Assembly: GCF_001949145.1 (NCBI RefSeq)
Contig: NW_019091360.1
Location: forward strand, 2,664,864 to 2,728,863
Direction: 5' to 3'
DNA from: Acanthaster planci
Taxonomy: Eukaryota
DNA length: 64,000 bases
In this document: piece by piece, positions 11,719-23,700 of the stretch
How the letters are laid out: every line of letters begins with the position of its first letter
Numbering within the stretch: the stretch's first letter is position 1
Made by a program: the position numbers and the translations under genes
The notes under the pieces: model-generated
The model's input: the letters and a program-made list of their open reading frames with translations, nothing else
Told to the model about the DNA's origin: nothing
The model's database searches: none

Positions 11719-14700
11719 ATGGCCGAAGCCCACGCTGCTGTGGCTTTCCAGTTCACGGTCACCAATGAAGGGATCGACTTCGACATCAACCATGAGGCTT
11801 TGAAGGCTGTCTTTGAAAGTGGCATGCGGTCATGGGTCAAGAGATTCAGACGTTTCCAGGTAAATTTCTTGAAATAGCTGCTCCTGTTTTGTGAAAAAAA
11901 GTCTCAATCATATCTAAGGGTGGAACGTTTACACGTTTAAAGATTGAAATGAAAACGGTTCCAAATCTGTGTACTACAGTTTTCCCAAGCCTTTACATGC
12001 AACCCCCCTTTTAGAGGTATGGCATTTTAGTGATGCAATCTGACATTCATTTTTATTGTAAACGCTGAATGTAAGATGTTATTTGATTTTCAGAACATTT
12101 TAATGCATGATCATTTCAAAAGGACCACCTTGAATTCATCACTGGAACTTTGTGTCAACTATTTACATTGTACTGTATACAATTTGTTGTGTTCAAAGCT
12201 TTCGTTGACACCATGGTAAGGGTGGGAAGTTTACATGTTAAAACGTTTAAATATGGGAAAGTTTATTTAACTTTTTCAAATTAAATTTAAATTTCCACGC
12301 TTAATTATATCGAACAGTGAATTATCATTTGTAAGAGATTTCACATCACATCTTTCAAGAAAATTACACGCTCACTTCAGTACAAACAGGACACTGGAAA
12401 AATTAATGAGTCATTATTTATGGCAATAAAGCTTTAGAAAAGGATACAACATTTTTTAAATATGGGAAAGTTTATTTAACTTTTTCAAATTAAATTTAAA
12501 TTTCCACGCTTAATTATATCGAACAGTGAATTATCATTTGTAAGAGATTTCACATCACATCTTTCAAGAAAATTACACGCTCACTTCAGTACAAACAGGA
12601 CACTGGAAAAATTAATGAGTCATTATTTATGGCAATAAAGCTTTAGAAAAGGATACAACATTTTTTAAATATGGGAAAGTTTATTTAACTTTTTCAAATT
12701 AAATTTAAATTTCCACGCTTAATTATATCGAACAGTGAATTATCATTTGTAAGAGATTTCACATCACATCTTTCAAGAAAATTACACTCTCACTTCAGTA
12801 CAAACAGGACACTGGAAAAATTAATGAGTCATTATTTATGGCAATAAAGCTTTAGAAAAGGATACAACATTTTGAAATTAAAATGGACTTAATTGTTAGT
12901 GTGGCAGGAACTTCTGAAAGCATTGAGGTCATTAAAGTCTGTGGTGAGGGAAAACTGTAGTTGCTTGCTGTAATGCAGACATGCTTTGTGTCGTCAAGGA
13001 AGCACAGACAGGATGTGAGCTTATATTTGTTGGATTCATTTCCTCCAACTTTGCTGGGGCTTTGAAAGGGAAACTTTCCAGGAAAGTGAACCTCACTGGG
13101 AATGTACATGTAGATCTTCTTTCAATTTTTGAGATTTTTAGGCTTAAAAAAATGCAACTGCACTGGGCCATGTGCAAATCTGTTACCAAGTTACCTGCCG
13201 ACTTCTCAAAGCCGAATTTTATGTCCTTAATATTTCTGGAAAGCTTGCTGTATCCTCCAGAATTGTTGATAGGTGTTAACTTTTAATCCTGAAAAACCCC
13301 AGCCAGCGAAACTCTCAACACCAGAGTTTGTAGGAATCGGTTAGGATGAGTACTGCACTAGTAAACTGATTAAGTTTTATGTGGAACAGGTGTATTACAA
13401 ATAAACACAGTCCAACTGTCCATGTGCGCAGTGTACTGAATATTTGATGTTGGCATTTGCAAGGCTGAAGAAAGTTCCAGGTGAATGACCTTGGGCAGAT
13501 GGGGTTTGAAGTATTTAAAACATGTAAAAATGACTTTAATCAGGTTCTAGTGCTGTGCAATGTTCAAAGGAAAAGATATTAAAAAAAAAGGAAATCAAAA
13601 GACTGCAACTTGAAAAACGCAATCAATTTTGGCTTTCCAAAAAAATGCTTCTAAAAAGTTTTAAATCCAAACACTTACAAAATTGTTGCTGTCCATATGT
13701 CTACATTGTCAATGCTGAATGAGATGGCATGAATTACATTTGTTCTCGCATCAATGTACATGTATGTTTCGTTGTTACATTTCTCAAAACTGTTTCCATA
13801 CCGTTGTTTCCATTGTCTGGGGAGTTACTAAGTGGGTGTTTGATGTTTACAAGTATGGTATCCGGTTGGACACGTGGATACTCTGTACAGATCTCATCTT
13901 TATTCCTACAATTGCCCACAACTTCTGGTGGATTTTGAACTTGCAATTTTTTAGCCTTGAGAGAGAATATGGGCTGTTTTTATTTTTTAGGAATTGTCAA
14001 AAACAGCCGGCATTAAAAACATTCCTAGCTACAACCTTGATTTTGAAGGATGTGGGGAAGTTCAGAATATTGAAATAATAGATATGACTGGAACTAACAC
14101 ATTGGTTCTCCTTCCACAAGGGGTTTCTCTCAAAACTATATTGGATTACCAGAATTGATCATTGTAAAATTGTCATTTGAACACAAATTCTTGATACAGA
14201 ATGGTATGGTCAACACCACCTATCCTGCCAGTCCGTTGAGCTGGCTAGCCGTCCTGACAGCGGTGACGGCTTGTTCATTGGCGCGTGTGGATCCTTCCAT
14301 GGGGATGATTGAGAAGCTCAAGGAGAATGTCTTACCAGTGTAAGTCTCTGTGTCACTTCTTCTACATGGGTCCCACTGTACCCAAATCTGGCTGAGTTTG
14401 CTTGATTTTGAAAAATTTGGAACTGATTTTTTTTTGACTGCATTAAATAGTTGTTATACCATGGGAGTGTCAATTGTAAATTGCCATCACAGTTGTCAAC
14501 AGTATCACAAGTCACCTTGTCACATCATATCAGTCTTTTCCATGTACTTTGTACTCACCCACGAACCATATACATGTATTTTTTTTACTGAACTTAGTAT
14601 CTGTTGGAGTTCAAGAGTTTAAATTGATGTTGGTTTTCAATAACCTTCATTTTTAGTATTTCTTGAACCACTTAGGTTATATACTTGTACATTTAGTTTT

Positions 14701-17700
14701 GTTCAATTCTCCCATAAATGTCAAGTTCACATTAGAAATTACCTGTTTTGTTCAAGCACCTTTAAGCATTGAAATCGTTTGCAAAGAAAAAAAAAATGGT
14801 GCACTTACTTTTACGTCATTTGATCCCAGGGACTATCTTGGGCCAGCGCCTACCATCTATCTCTCCACGGTCATCTTTGCCACGTTCCTGTGGCTGGCTA
14901 TCATCTTCACGTTGCGGTTCATCCTGAAGCGTCTGCTCTCCTATAGGGGTTTCATGTATGAGGTGCGAGGCAAAGTGTCTATACAGACCAAGATCTGGGC
15001 TGTAAGTATATTTCTAAAGACCTCTATGTCCACTCAAAGTAGCTGCATACAAAGATGATAAATATCATTTTACTAACAGTTGGGTCAGACGCTTTCATCC
15101 TAGCAGAAAAGTGTCTCAAGTGTTCAAAAAAATACCGGACTTGGCAACTAGTACAATTTTATTGTATTTTTAGTCCGATTTTTCCAATTTTTTGCAGCAG
15201 AAAATCGGAGTAGTTCGATTTCTGAATTTTGGGGTCAAAAGAAAATCAGCTTTTTTTTTTTCAAAAATCAAACAAACAAATCATCCATTGGTTTACACTT
15301 TACTCGCCTCCTCGCACCACAATGCTTTTTCGTTCGGCACTTGGGCTCTTTAAAACCGATTATCAGTTGAACACATACTGCGTCAAGGTATGCATTCTTA
15401 AACATGGAGTTTTCCTTGAAATTCTTGTCTTGTCTTCCTTCAGATGCTTTTGAAGTGTTTTGTAACGAGGAAGCCTCGTCTGTTCAGCTATCAGAACGCA
15501 CTGCCTAACTTGCCTCTGCCATCATTGCATGACACAATGAGAAGGGTGAGTCTGAGATCCCTTTTCCAAACAATATGCAGAAGTTTGACTTTGGAGTAAA
15601 CAGCAAAGGCACTGTCTTATAGCTCCAAGCATTTTTCAAATTGCCTTTATGCAGGTGATTCTCTTGAACCCATAAGTTTTGTCATGGATTTCTGATTTTC
15701 TGTGAATTCTTTCTTTAGAATCACAATCTAGAACTAGTTTTATTGACTTATTGATACAAACCAGTTTTCTTAAAGATTGGCTGAATTGTTTCAACATGCT
15801 TTTGAACATTTAGAACCACTAAAACAATCATAACCAACATAAATTACAAGGTAATTACTCTGACTTCTCTTTATACTGCATCTGCAGTCATCTCCAATTG
15901 TTCAGAATGTTCCCTGACCTTATATGTATATAAAGACCTGTGTTGTAAATCACTCTTCTAATGTCTTTGATACAAGTTAAAATGTTAGAAATTAAAACTC
16001 GGTGCACTCAGTTCTTATGTCTATATCAGCAGCTCTGAAAATTGCTGAATTAGTGTAACTTGGTTCTCTGTGATGTTCGCAGTATCTGCTCTCTGTGCGT
16101 GGGTTTCTCAACGACGAAGAGTTTGAACAGATGGAGCTTCTTGTCAAGGACTTTGAGGTGGGGCTTGGTCCGCGCCTGCAGCGCTACCTCCGGCTGAAGT
16201 GGTTGTGGTCTGTCAATTACGTCAGCGACTGGTGGGAGGAGTATGTTTATCTGAGGGGGCGGGATCCAATCATGGTTAACAGCAACTACTACGGAATGGT
16301 GAGGCTCCGTTGAAAATTCTAAAGAGAGATTTTAGTTCTTTTATTTAAAAAAAAGTTGAGAGGAGGTAAGACGTGTTTAGTATTTTGCCCCCCATGTGTG
16401 GCTGATTTTATCCATTGATATTTGTGGAATGATTTCTGCACATTTTGCTCTGAATACAAGAGCTTTGAATGTACTTATCACTTGCACACATTTAACAAAA
16501 GAAATAATGTTAGGTATTTTGGAAATTCAGATCACTTTGCTTGACCATGTGTTCAGTTTTTACAAATTGTCTGCAACAGCACCGTCAGAGAATTTGGAAA
16601 CTTCAAGAACTTCCATTTAATTGCATAGCTTGACCACTTTTGAAAAGCTGAACAAGAATGTTTCCCACAATCCATAATGTATTCCCAGCTATTTGCAAGA
16701 ACCTGTATGGAAATATTTACCAGGATTTTGTAGCTTGGACTTAAAGCTATGAATTTTTATCAAAAGTGCTAATGTATGTGGAGCTGCCCGAAACTCTAAA
16801 CCCAACAACTTGTCAACATTTGAAAGTCCCTTGTTTTAAGTTTTAATTTCGGAATATATGTTAGCCTTTCCATCCATCTGATATCTGCAGGATTCCATAG
16901 CCATGCAGCCGACCAACATACAGGCGGCACGGGCGGCCAATTTCACCATCAGCCTGCTGCGCTTCCGCCGCGAGATCGAACGGGAGACCCTGAAGCCACT
17001 GATGATGCAAGGCATGGTTCCGCTATGTTCCTACCAGTACGAACGTCTCTTCAACACCACACGCATGCCGGGTCTGGAAACAGACACCCTGGTCCACCAT
17101 AAGGACAGCAAGCACATTGTGGTCCTCAGCCGGGGCCGCTTCTACAAACTGGTCTTCCAGGTGAACGGCACCATGCTAAGTCCAGCCGAACTTCAGAAGT
17201 ACGCTATACGCTTTCATTTCAATTACCAAAGAAATTTGATACTGGAAATAGAATATTTCAAATCTCTTTGCAAAATCTCAAGAACACACTGCTACAAGTC
17301 ACTTGTGGGCATGTTTTGAGGTCATGGTTGATCCTGTTTTTAACCTTTAACCTTTGACCTTGCAGGCAGTTTCAGTGGATCATTGATGACCCCAGTGAAC
17401 CGATGGAAGGGGAGGAGCATCTACCCGCCCTTACGGCTGGTGATAGGTACAATACAGCTCTTTGTTTAAGCCACATACCCGCCACCCACAAAACGCTGCA
17501 GACTGCTTTTACAGTAATTTGAAGTTTTCAGCCGATTTCACAAACACAGTGTGAATACACCTGCTCGAATTATTAAAGCATATTTGTGGTCAAGCTGCAA
17601 TGTGTATGCATAGCTCTGAAATGAGTTGAATGCTTGAAAAATCCTGGACAGGGGTGGTCACAGCATTTATGATTGATGTTTCTTTACAGCTTTCATACAG

Positions 17701-20700
17701 AATTTACTAAGCCTTTGTGTGGTCTTTTTTTTCTCTGAAGCACACAGCAAATATGCAGATTCTTTCATGGGCAAATAGTAGACTGCCCTTAAAAAAACTT
17801 GTGATGATTTCTAATATGAACCTTGATCGGTTGAAGAGTTTTACGACAATTATAACTAAAACTGTCATGTGAGTTACACCATTACATGAAGCTTTTTAAA
17901 ATCGCTTGCAGTTCAGGGCCAAATATCAAGGCTCTGTTTACTGACACCCCAAAATCCTGTTGCTAATTATAGTAGAAAAAGCTGCACTTCCACCAGGAAT
18001 TTTGGCTTGAGAGCCAATGTACAAAAAATACCCAAAGCAAGGTTGCTGTGCTTACAAGGCTGTGGCAGAATTTCTTTGCCAGCTCTAGCAGCGAGAACTG
18101 TCTTTAATGGCCAAGGTGTACTATTTTATGATGTGTTGATAGAGCTTATGAATTAAGAATTCAACTAGGAGTTTACTGCAATGAAATTACAAGTTTGAGA
18201 AGGCTTGCAGTTTTTCTTAAATAATCAACCTATATAGTCCGCAAAAAATAAATTGGGCAAGATATCTCATTATATACAGAGAATACACAGTATATGCCTG
18301 AATTGGAGGAAGGAACCTTACCAGGTTTCTTGGATAAGGGTTGATGTAATGTCTGAATGTTAATGACTCCAATTAGGATCCCTTGGGCACTGGCTCGGCA
18401 GAGGTTCTTCACACGAGGCGTCAACAAGATCTCCCTGAGGGCCATCGACACCGCCGCCTTTATGGTCATCCTTGATGAAGAGGAACAAGATTACGATACC
18501 GTGAGTGGCGTAAACCATGACTCCAGACCTTTGACCTCTACCTGGCAGATATGACGCAGCTGGTACTGGAACACATTCCTGTGAACAGCCATTGTGTAAT
18601 ATGTAGGCCTGAAAAAGTGATTGACCTTTGACCTGACCATGGACAACTTCCATTGGCTGACACCATAGCATTAGGAGACTGTGTTATATTCAGAATTGAA
18701 TGAAATGCTTTTTAGCAAGGAATGCATTGGCACCAGTGTTAATGCAGTATGCTTAATTACCCAGTTCTGGAAAACTCTGATGGCGCCAGACTGCCTTGTA
18801 TGATTTACTGCAGTCAAGTAGATTGTATTGCAACGCTAGTATGCATTTGAACAGCTGACCTGCTATCTGCTATCAAGATGGCTAGCTCTTGGCAGCATTT
18901 AGTTTTTTGTGAGATTGAAAGCACTGCATGTCAGAAACGCTAGAATTTTTTTCTGTCAAAAAAAAGCTTGCTCATAGTCGCAGCACGCTGAAATTCCAAT
19001 CGCCATGTCCGTGTGTATAACATCCACTCATCTTACTGTTGTGAACAATTCATGCTCCATCTCATTACAGTTTTCACAGTGTCCACTAAACTGTATTGCC
19101 TGAATCATAAAGAGTTATGTTACAAAAACCACAAGGAAACCATTCTTATTTTCTGAGAGAAATCACTCTAAATGCAGTTCTTTTACACCAGCCCTCCAAG
19201 CAATAATGATTACCCTTTAACAAAAAATACAGATGGGGAAGACAGTACGCTCACAATAAGATTTTTATTGCTTCATATGAGTTGCCTTGCAATAACAGTC
19301 CATTTTCTTTTTTTCTGTTTTGGCAATTGACATCGGCAGGTGGAGGTTAGAGTGGTACGGTGCTTTTAAGGCCCTAACCATCAGTGCCTAGTTTTACATG
19401 TCCTCCTTTTCTCCATTCAAGAATCTGACACTGGCTCCAAACATTCTCTTTTACCTTCTTTTCCCCTTCAACTTAACCCAGAGGCCCAGACAATCTTCAT
19501 TTGATTCTAACATGTCATTCAAGTGTGAAACCAAAGAATAGATTAAGAAACATGCTGCTTATTTTTTTTTTACTGATAGGTTTTCCTCTTTCAGCCATGT
19601 TGGACACGTCCCTTTGAACTGGGGATTTGATCCTTTTTGACCTTTTAAAATCCTTGTCATTAAGGGTTCCTTTGTATCTTGAAGGGAGTAATAATGTTTA
19701 CTTAATTTTTTTTCTCCGTTTATTCACTTTCAACTTTGCACTCAACTATTATGTGTAAGTGTGAATTTTGGGGAAGAAATAGGATCGTAGGGAAACGTTT
19801 CCTCAGAATTCTTGTGTCAAAGCAAACAGGTCCATCTTCATAACTCTGCAGTCTTACAGTGCATGGTGTGGTGTTTTGTTGTCTTTTACTTCTTTTGGGG
19901 CTTCTTTTCAGCTCATGAGTGCCATTTCACAAATTCATTTGGTTTGTTTTTCTGTCCATCTTTCTTTTATTTTGCTTCTTCGTACATGGGCCTATCTTTT
20001 CCTGTTCTTTTCCCATCTAACCACTACCACTGATCGAATGAATGCAACCAATAGGAACCTCTGAAGGGAATACTGGCCAATCAAACCCTGCCACCGTGGT
20101 ATAAAGGGCTCCCTCAGGAATCCACAGACAGCCAGGTAACATGGAAGACCAGTATTTCCACAGAGTTGGTGTGCATGTGTCGTTTGATTCAAACTCTCAA
20201 TGCCCAATTTGGTTTCCAAACAATTCAAAGATAGTAGCTAAGTTTCCCCCTTTCCGAATGCAGAACGTTTGTTGTTTGTTACTAAAAGGCCAACAAACTC
20301 AAAGACTTACTTGGAAATTTGAGTAATTTTGATCCTTCTCAGTCACATGTTCATTTTCCACAAAGTTCCAAATACACCTAATGTAATGGTGTTAAAATTA
20401 CACTTTTGTTCTTAACTGTGTAAATTAAAGATTGTTGTGTCAGGTCAAAATTGCACATGTTTTTGTGTAGAGGTTGGAAAGAAGATATACCCCCCCAGAA
20501 ACAAGGATGGAAAATGAATGGAAATTGAGACATGGGAATCATTTGCTTTGCAATTCTCCCCAAAAAGCATGCCTTCCTTTTTTTTCTTGCTTGGTTTTGG
20601 TTTTAAGTTTCCTCTCTCTGGCATTCTCTTTCAGTGGTCATGGCTGACGTCACTTGTTTCATTCAACATTCATTCATTACATTTATGCAGTTCAAAATCT

Positions 20701-23700
20701 CATATTGTTACAATGAAAATGACCCACCGGTACCTGCGGAATATCTCTATTCCTGATCCGAAATGTAGGCACACGGGTAGTTTGGTTCGCAAAACAAAAA
20801 AATACTGTTTGGAAAGGCCTTTAGGCTTGATAGTTGCCATTGTCATGTGACTAAATCCAAATTCCCTCCATTTCTGAAAATTTCCAATAGTGGTTGCAAT
20901 TTTCCAAACCGGTTTTGTTGACTTTTTGGTACTGTCTGCAATATTGAATTGGGTGTGAATGAATTGGTTCTCTTTACAGTTTTCCCAACATGCATCACAA
21001 AAAAACTTCCTTCCTATAAAAAAACTTCCTTCATTTTTCTTGCACGACTTTGTTTACCCTCACTGTTTAAGAAATAATGAACCTGTGCATGCTGCATCTA
21101 AATGTAGAAGGGACATTCTGGACATGACATCATACTTTATTTTTGTAAACAGTGGCTACCTGCCATACATATGATTGATATGGCAGGGTACCAGCTAAGA
21201 ACCTTGATCCTGAAAAATTGTCCATTGCACAGGAAAGCCATTGGGGCATTTCTGAAATTTTCTTGGCTTCACTTTGCCATCCACAGTTTTACTAAATCCT
21301 CCCCACAACAGGGTTGTAATGTGGCAAACATTTAGGGTTTACAAACAAGATTCGTGAAATATTTTATGTGGGGATAAAAGTTCTTGCGCATGGTGAAGGC
21401 TAGTAACCCCGGAGATAACAGTTCTACTGGAAGGACTGTTTCTTTGGTAACTCTTCACCTGAGGGAAAGGAAGTCTGCTGTTGATCTGAAACTTTCTGAA
21501 ATGTTTTGTTTGTCCTTTTGTTGTTTTTTTGTTGGGGGGTGTTTGTTTGTTTGTTGGGGTGTTGGGTTGTTTGGGGTTGTTTGTTTGTTTGTTTGTTTGT
21601 TTGTTTGTTTGTTTGTTTTGATTACAAGTTGCATTGTGTTGGCTGGCCAGTGTTTGGTTGATGTATTTAGTGCTATTGTATTGATAGATTACATGAATTG
21701 GCTTGCTGTGTTGGGTTTACCCAGCTGGATAGCTCATGTCAGTTTGCGGAATGAGCATCTAACACTCGCTAACACTTGGCAACTGTAAAGGCTCGCTAAC
21801 AATCTACAACATACGTTTCAGTGACATGCCTTGCTTGCTTGCTGCACTCCTCCCTGCATGTACCCAGCTCTTACTCTAAATGCTCACAACTCTCATTTAG
21901 GCAGACATAAAAGCTGTGTAAAATACCATCCTGACGTTCAGTTTACATTGACAATGAATTCAGACTATGAAGCTACGAACGTCTTGACCATATTTGGTGC
22001 ATATACTTAACAGAGAGAGACAGCAAGGGTTTCCTAGGTTAGAGTGGCAGTGTAGTTTATTGTAAGAAGTAGGACTTAGTTGTTGGATGAGGGTAAGGGA
22101 CAGAGGTTGATGAGAAATAGGAAGAGGTCTCAACGCGGGATTTAATTTTCAGACTGAAAAATAATTTCTGACCCACCCAAACAAAAAATAACGAGTCGGA
22201 TGTTAATAATTTTTCAGTTTATTTGGACCATTAAACAAATATTAATCAAAATCAACAAGAACTGTAAAAGTTTTGACCGCAGAAAGTTAGATTCAGCAGT
22301 TTAAGCTCTTTCTGAAGCATGTGAAAAACTAGACACTGATAAATAGTGTTCAAGACTCGTTTTTGTTGGATCTTTGCACTGTACATCTGCTGTCAGTCGT
22401 AATGTCTATCAAACTTCAAATTTTACGGTGTTCTTGATAAATCAGAAGTGTTGGAATGCAGTGAAGCCGGTGATATCATGGTCAGTTCTAGCTGATTCCA
22501 AGACTTTGTTGCCAGTTTATATGGTCAATTCATGGGTAGTTTTACAGATCTAAAACTGCTACAAGGTTTGACAGTTCTGAGTGCACCTTAAGTTTGGAGG
22601 ATTCTTTTGATTCATTGGCAATTTGTAGTCTTAGATACCTAAATATCAATACTTCTGATTTGACCAGTGCTTCTTTTGTGTCAGCCCTGAAATTGTTAAA
22701 AATTTTTCTCTCTTCCCTTTCGCCTTAGTTTCCAACACCTCTCAAAGATGACTGGGTGAGTATACTTTTGAGAAAAAAATCCATCAATTAGTGAAGTACA
22801 AGTGCCTTGTTACCTACCGGGTATTGCAATCTAATTTGTATTGTTGCTTTTCAACTTCAAGACCTTAAAGTTTTGAGAAGGAAGCTACTACATAATTATT
22901 CACTGAATGTTTCTAAAGTGGTTTTTAAAAGATATTTAAATAAATATTAAGCTGTGAATTTGATGGAAAAACGTGCTGTAAATTATTCTGTTGAGGTTGT
23001 CAGACATGACAACTCTTCACAGGTACTGAATGAGGATCTGAAAAATTGCAACACTTCAGCGTTTAAAAGAAAAGAACCTTTCGCTCAGACAGTAGGAACA
23101 TTGATTCAAATTTGAGTAGGATAAGAGTGGAAAGTGACATTTAATTCCAAGTATAAGTCAGTTCATTTCTCAGACAAAAGATGAATACATGTAATTGTTA
23201 AAGATTAAAACTAACAAACACTAGTTGGTGTCTCGGAATTCTTTCGAAGTTTTAGAAGTATAACGCGAGATCTTTTTATTTTGCTTTTAGAACCAGAATC
23301 GTAAGCTAGATAAGTTCAGCCACTCCTTGCTCGCTGGTAATGGATATAACCGTTGGTTTGATAAGTGCTTCAATCTGGTCATCTTCAAGAATGGACGCAT
23401 GGGTGTGAATGCTGAACACTCGCTGTAGGTGTACCTGACCATTTGCTTGCAATTACCCTAAAAGTTTTGTTTGAATTTCCTGTTTGTTACTCAGTGGGTG
23501 GCTCAAACTCAGAGGGATGTTAAATTTTATTCTTGTAAGTTGATGAAGTTGTGAAGCTGAAGTTTCAATCCTAACAAATCTTTCTTGAAGGTAGTCTTGT
23601 ATTTTCTCTGAGAAAGTCCTTCCATGGAGGCTCAGCTCTTGAGTCAATTATTCATGATTGACTGAGAACTGTTAAAAGTTCACATTTTAATAGTTAAAGG

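Noticed and set aside
19482..19541. Acceptor followed by [19 protein letters not shown]
   Set aside because: Good pyrimidine tract but no phase-0 GT donor before the stop; cannot be supported as a cassette exon without RNA data.
21384..21788. 134-aa hydrophobic ORF (VCLF repeats)
   Set aside because: Translation of the GTTT microsatellite; not a membrane protein.
21901..22040. Further possible CPT1 microexons (21901-21915 ADIKA; 22014-22037)
   Set aside because: The first has a weak donor (gtgtaa); the second ends in an in-frame TAG. Too weak to call.
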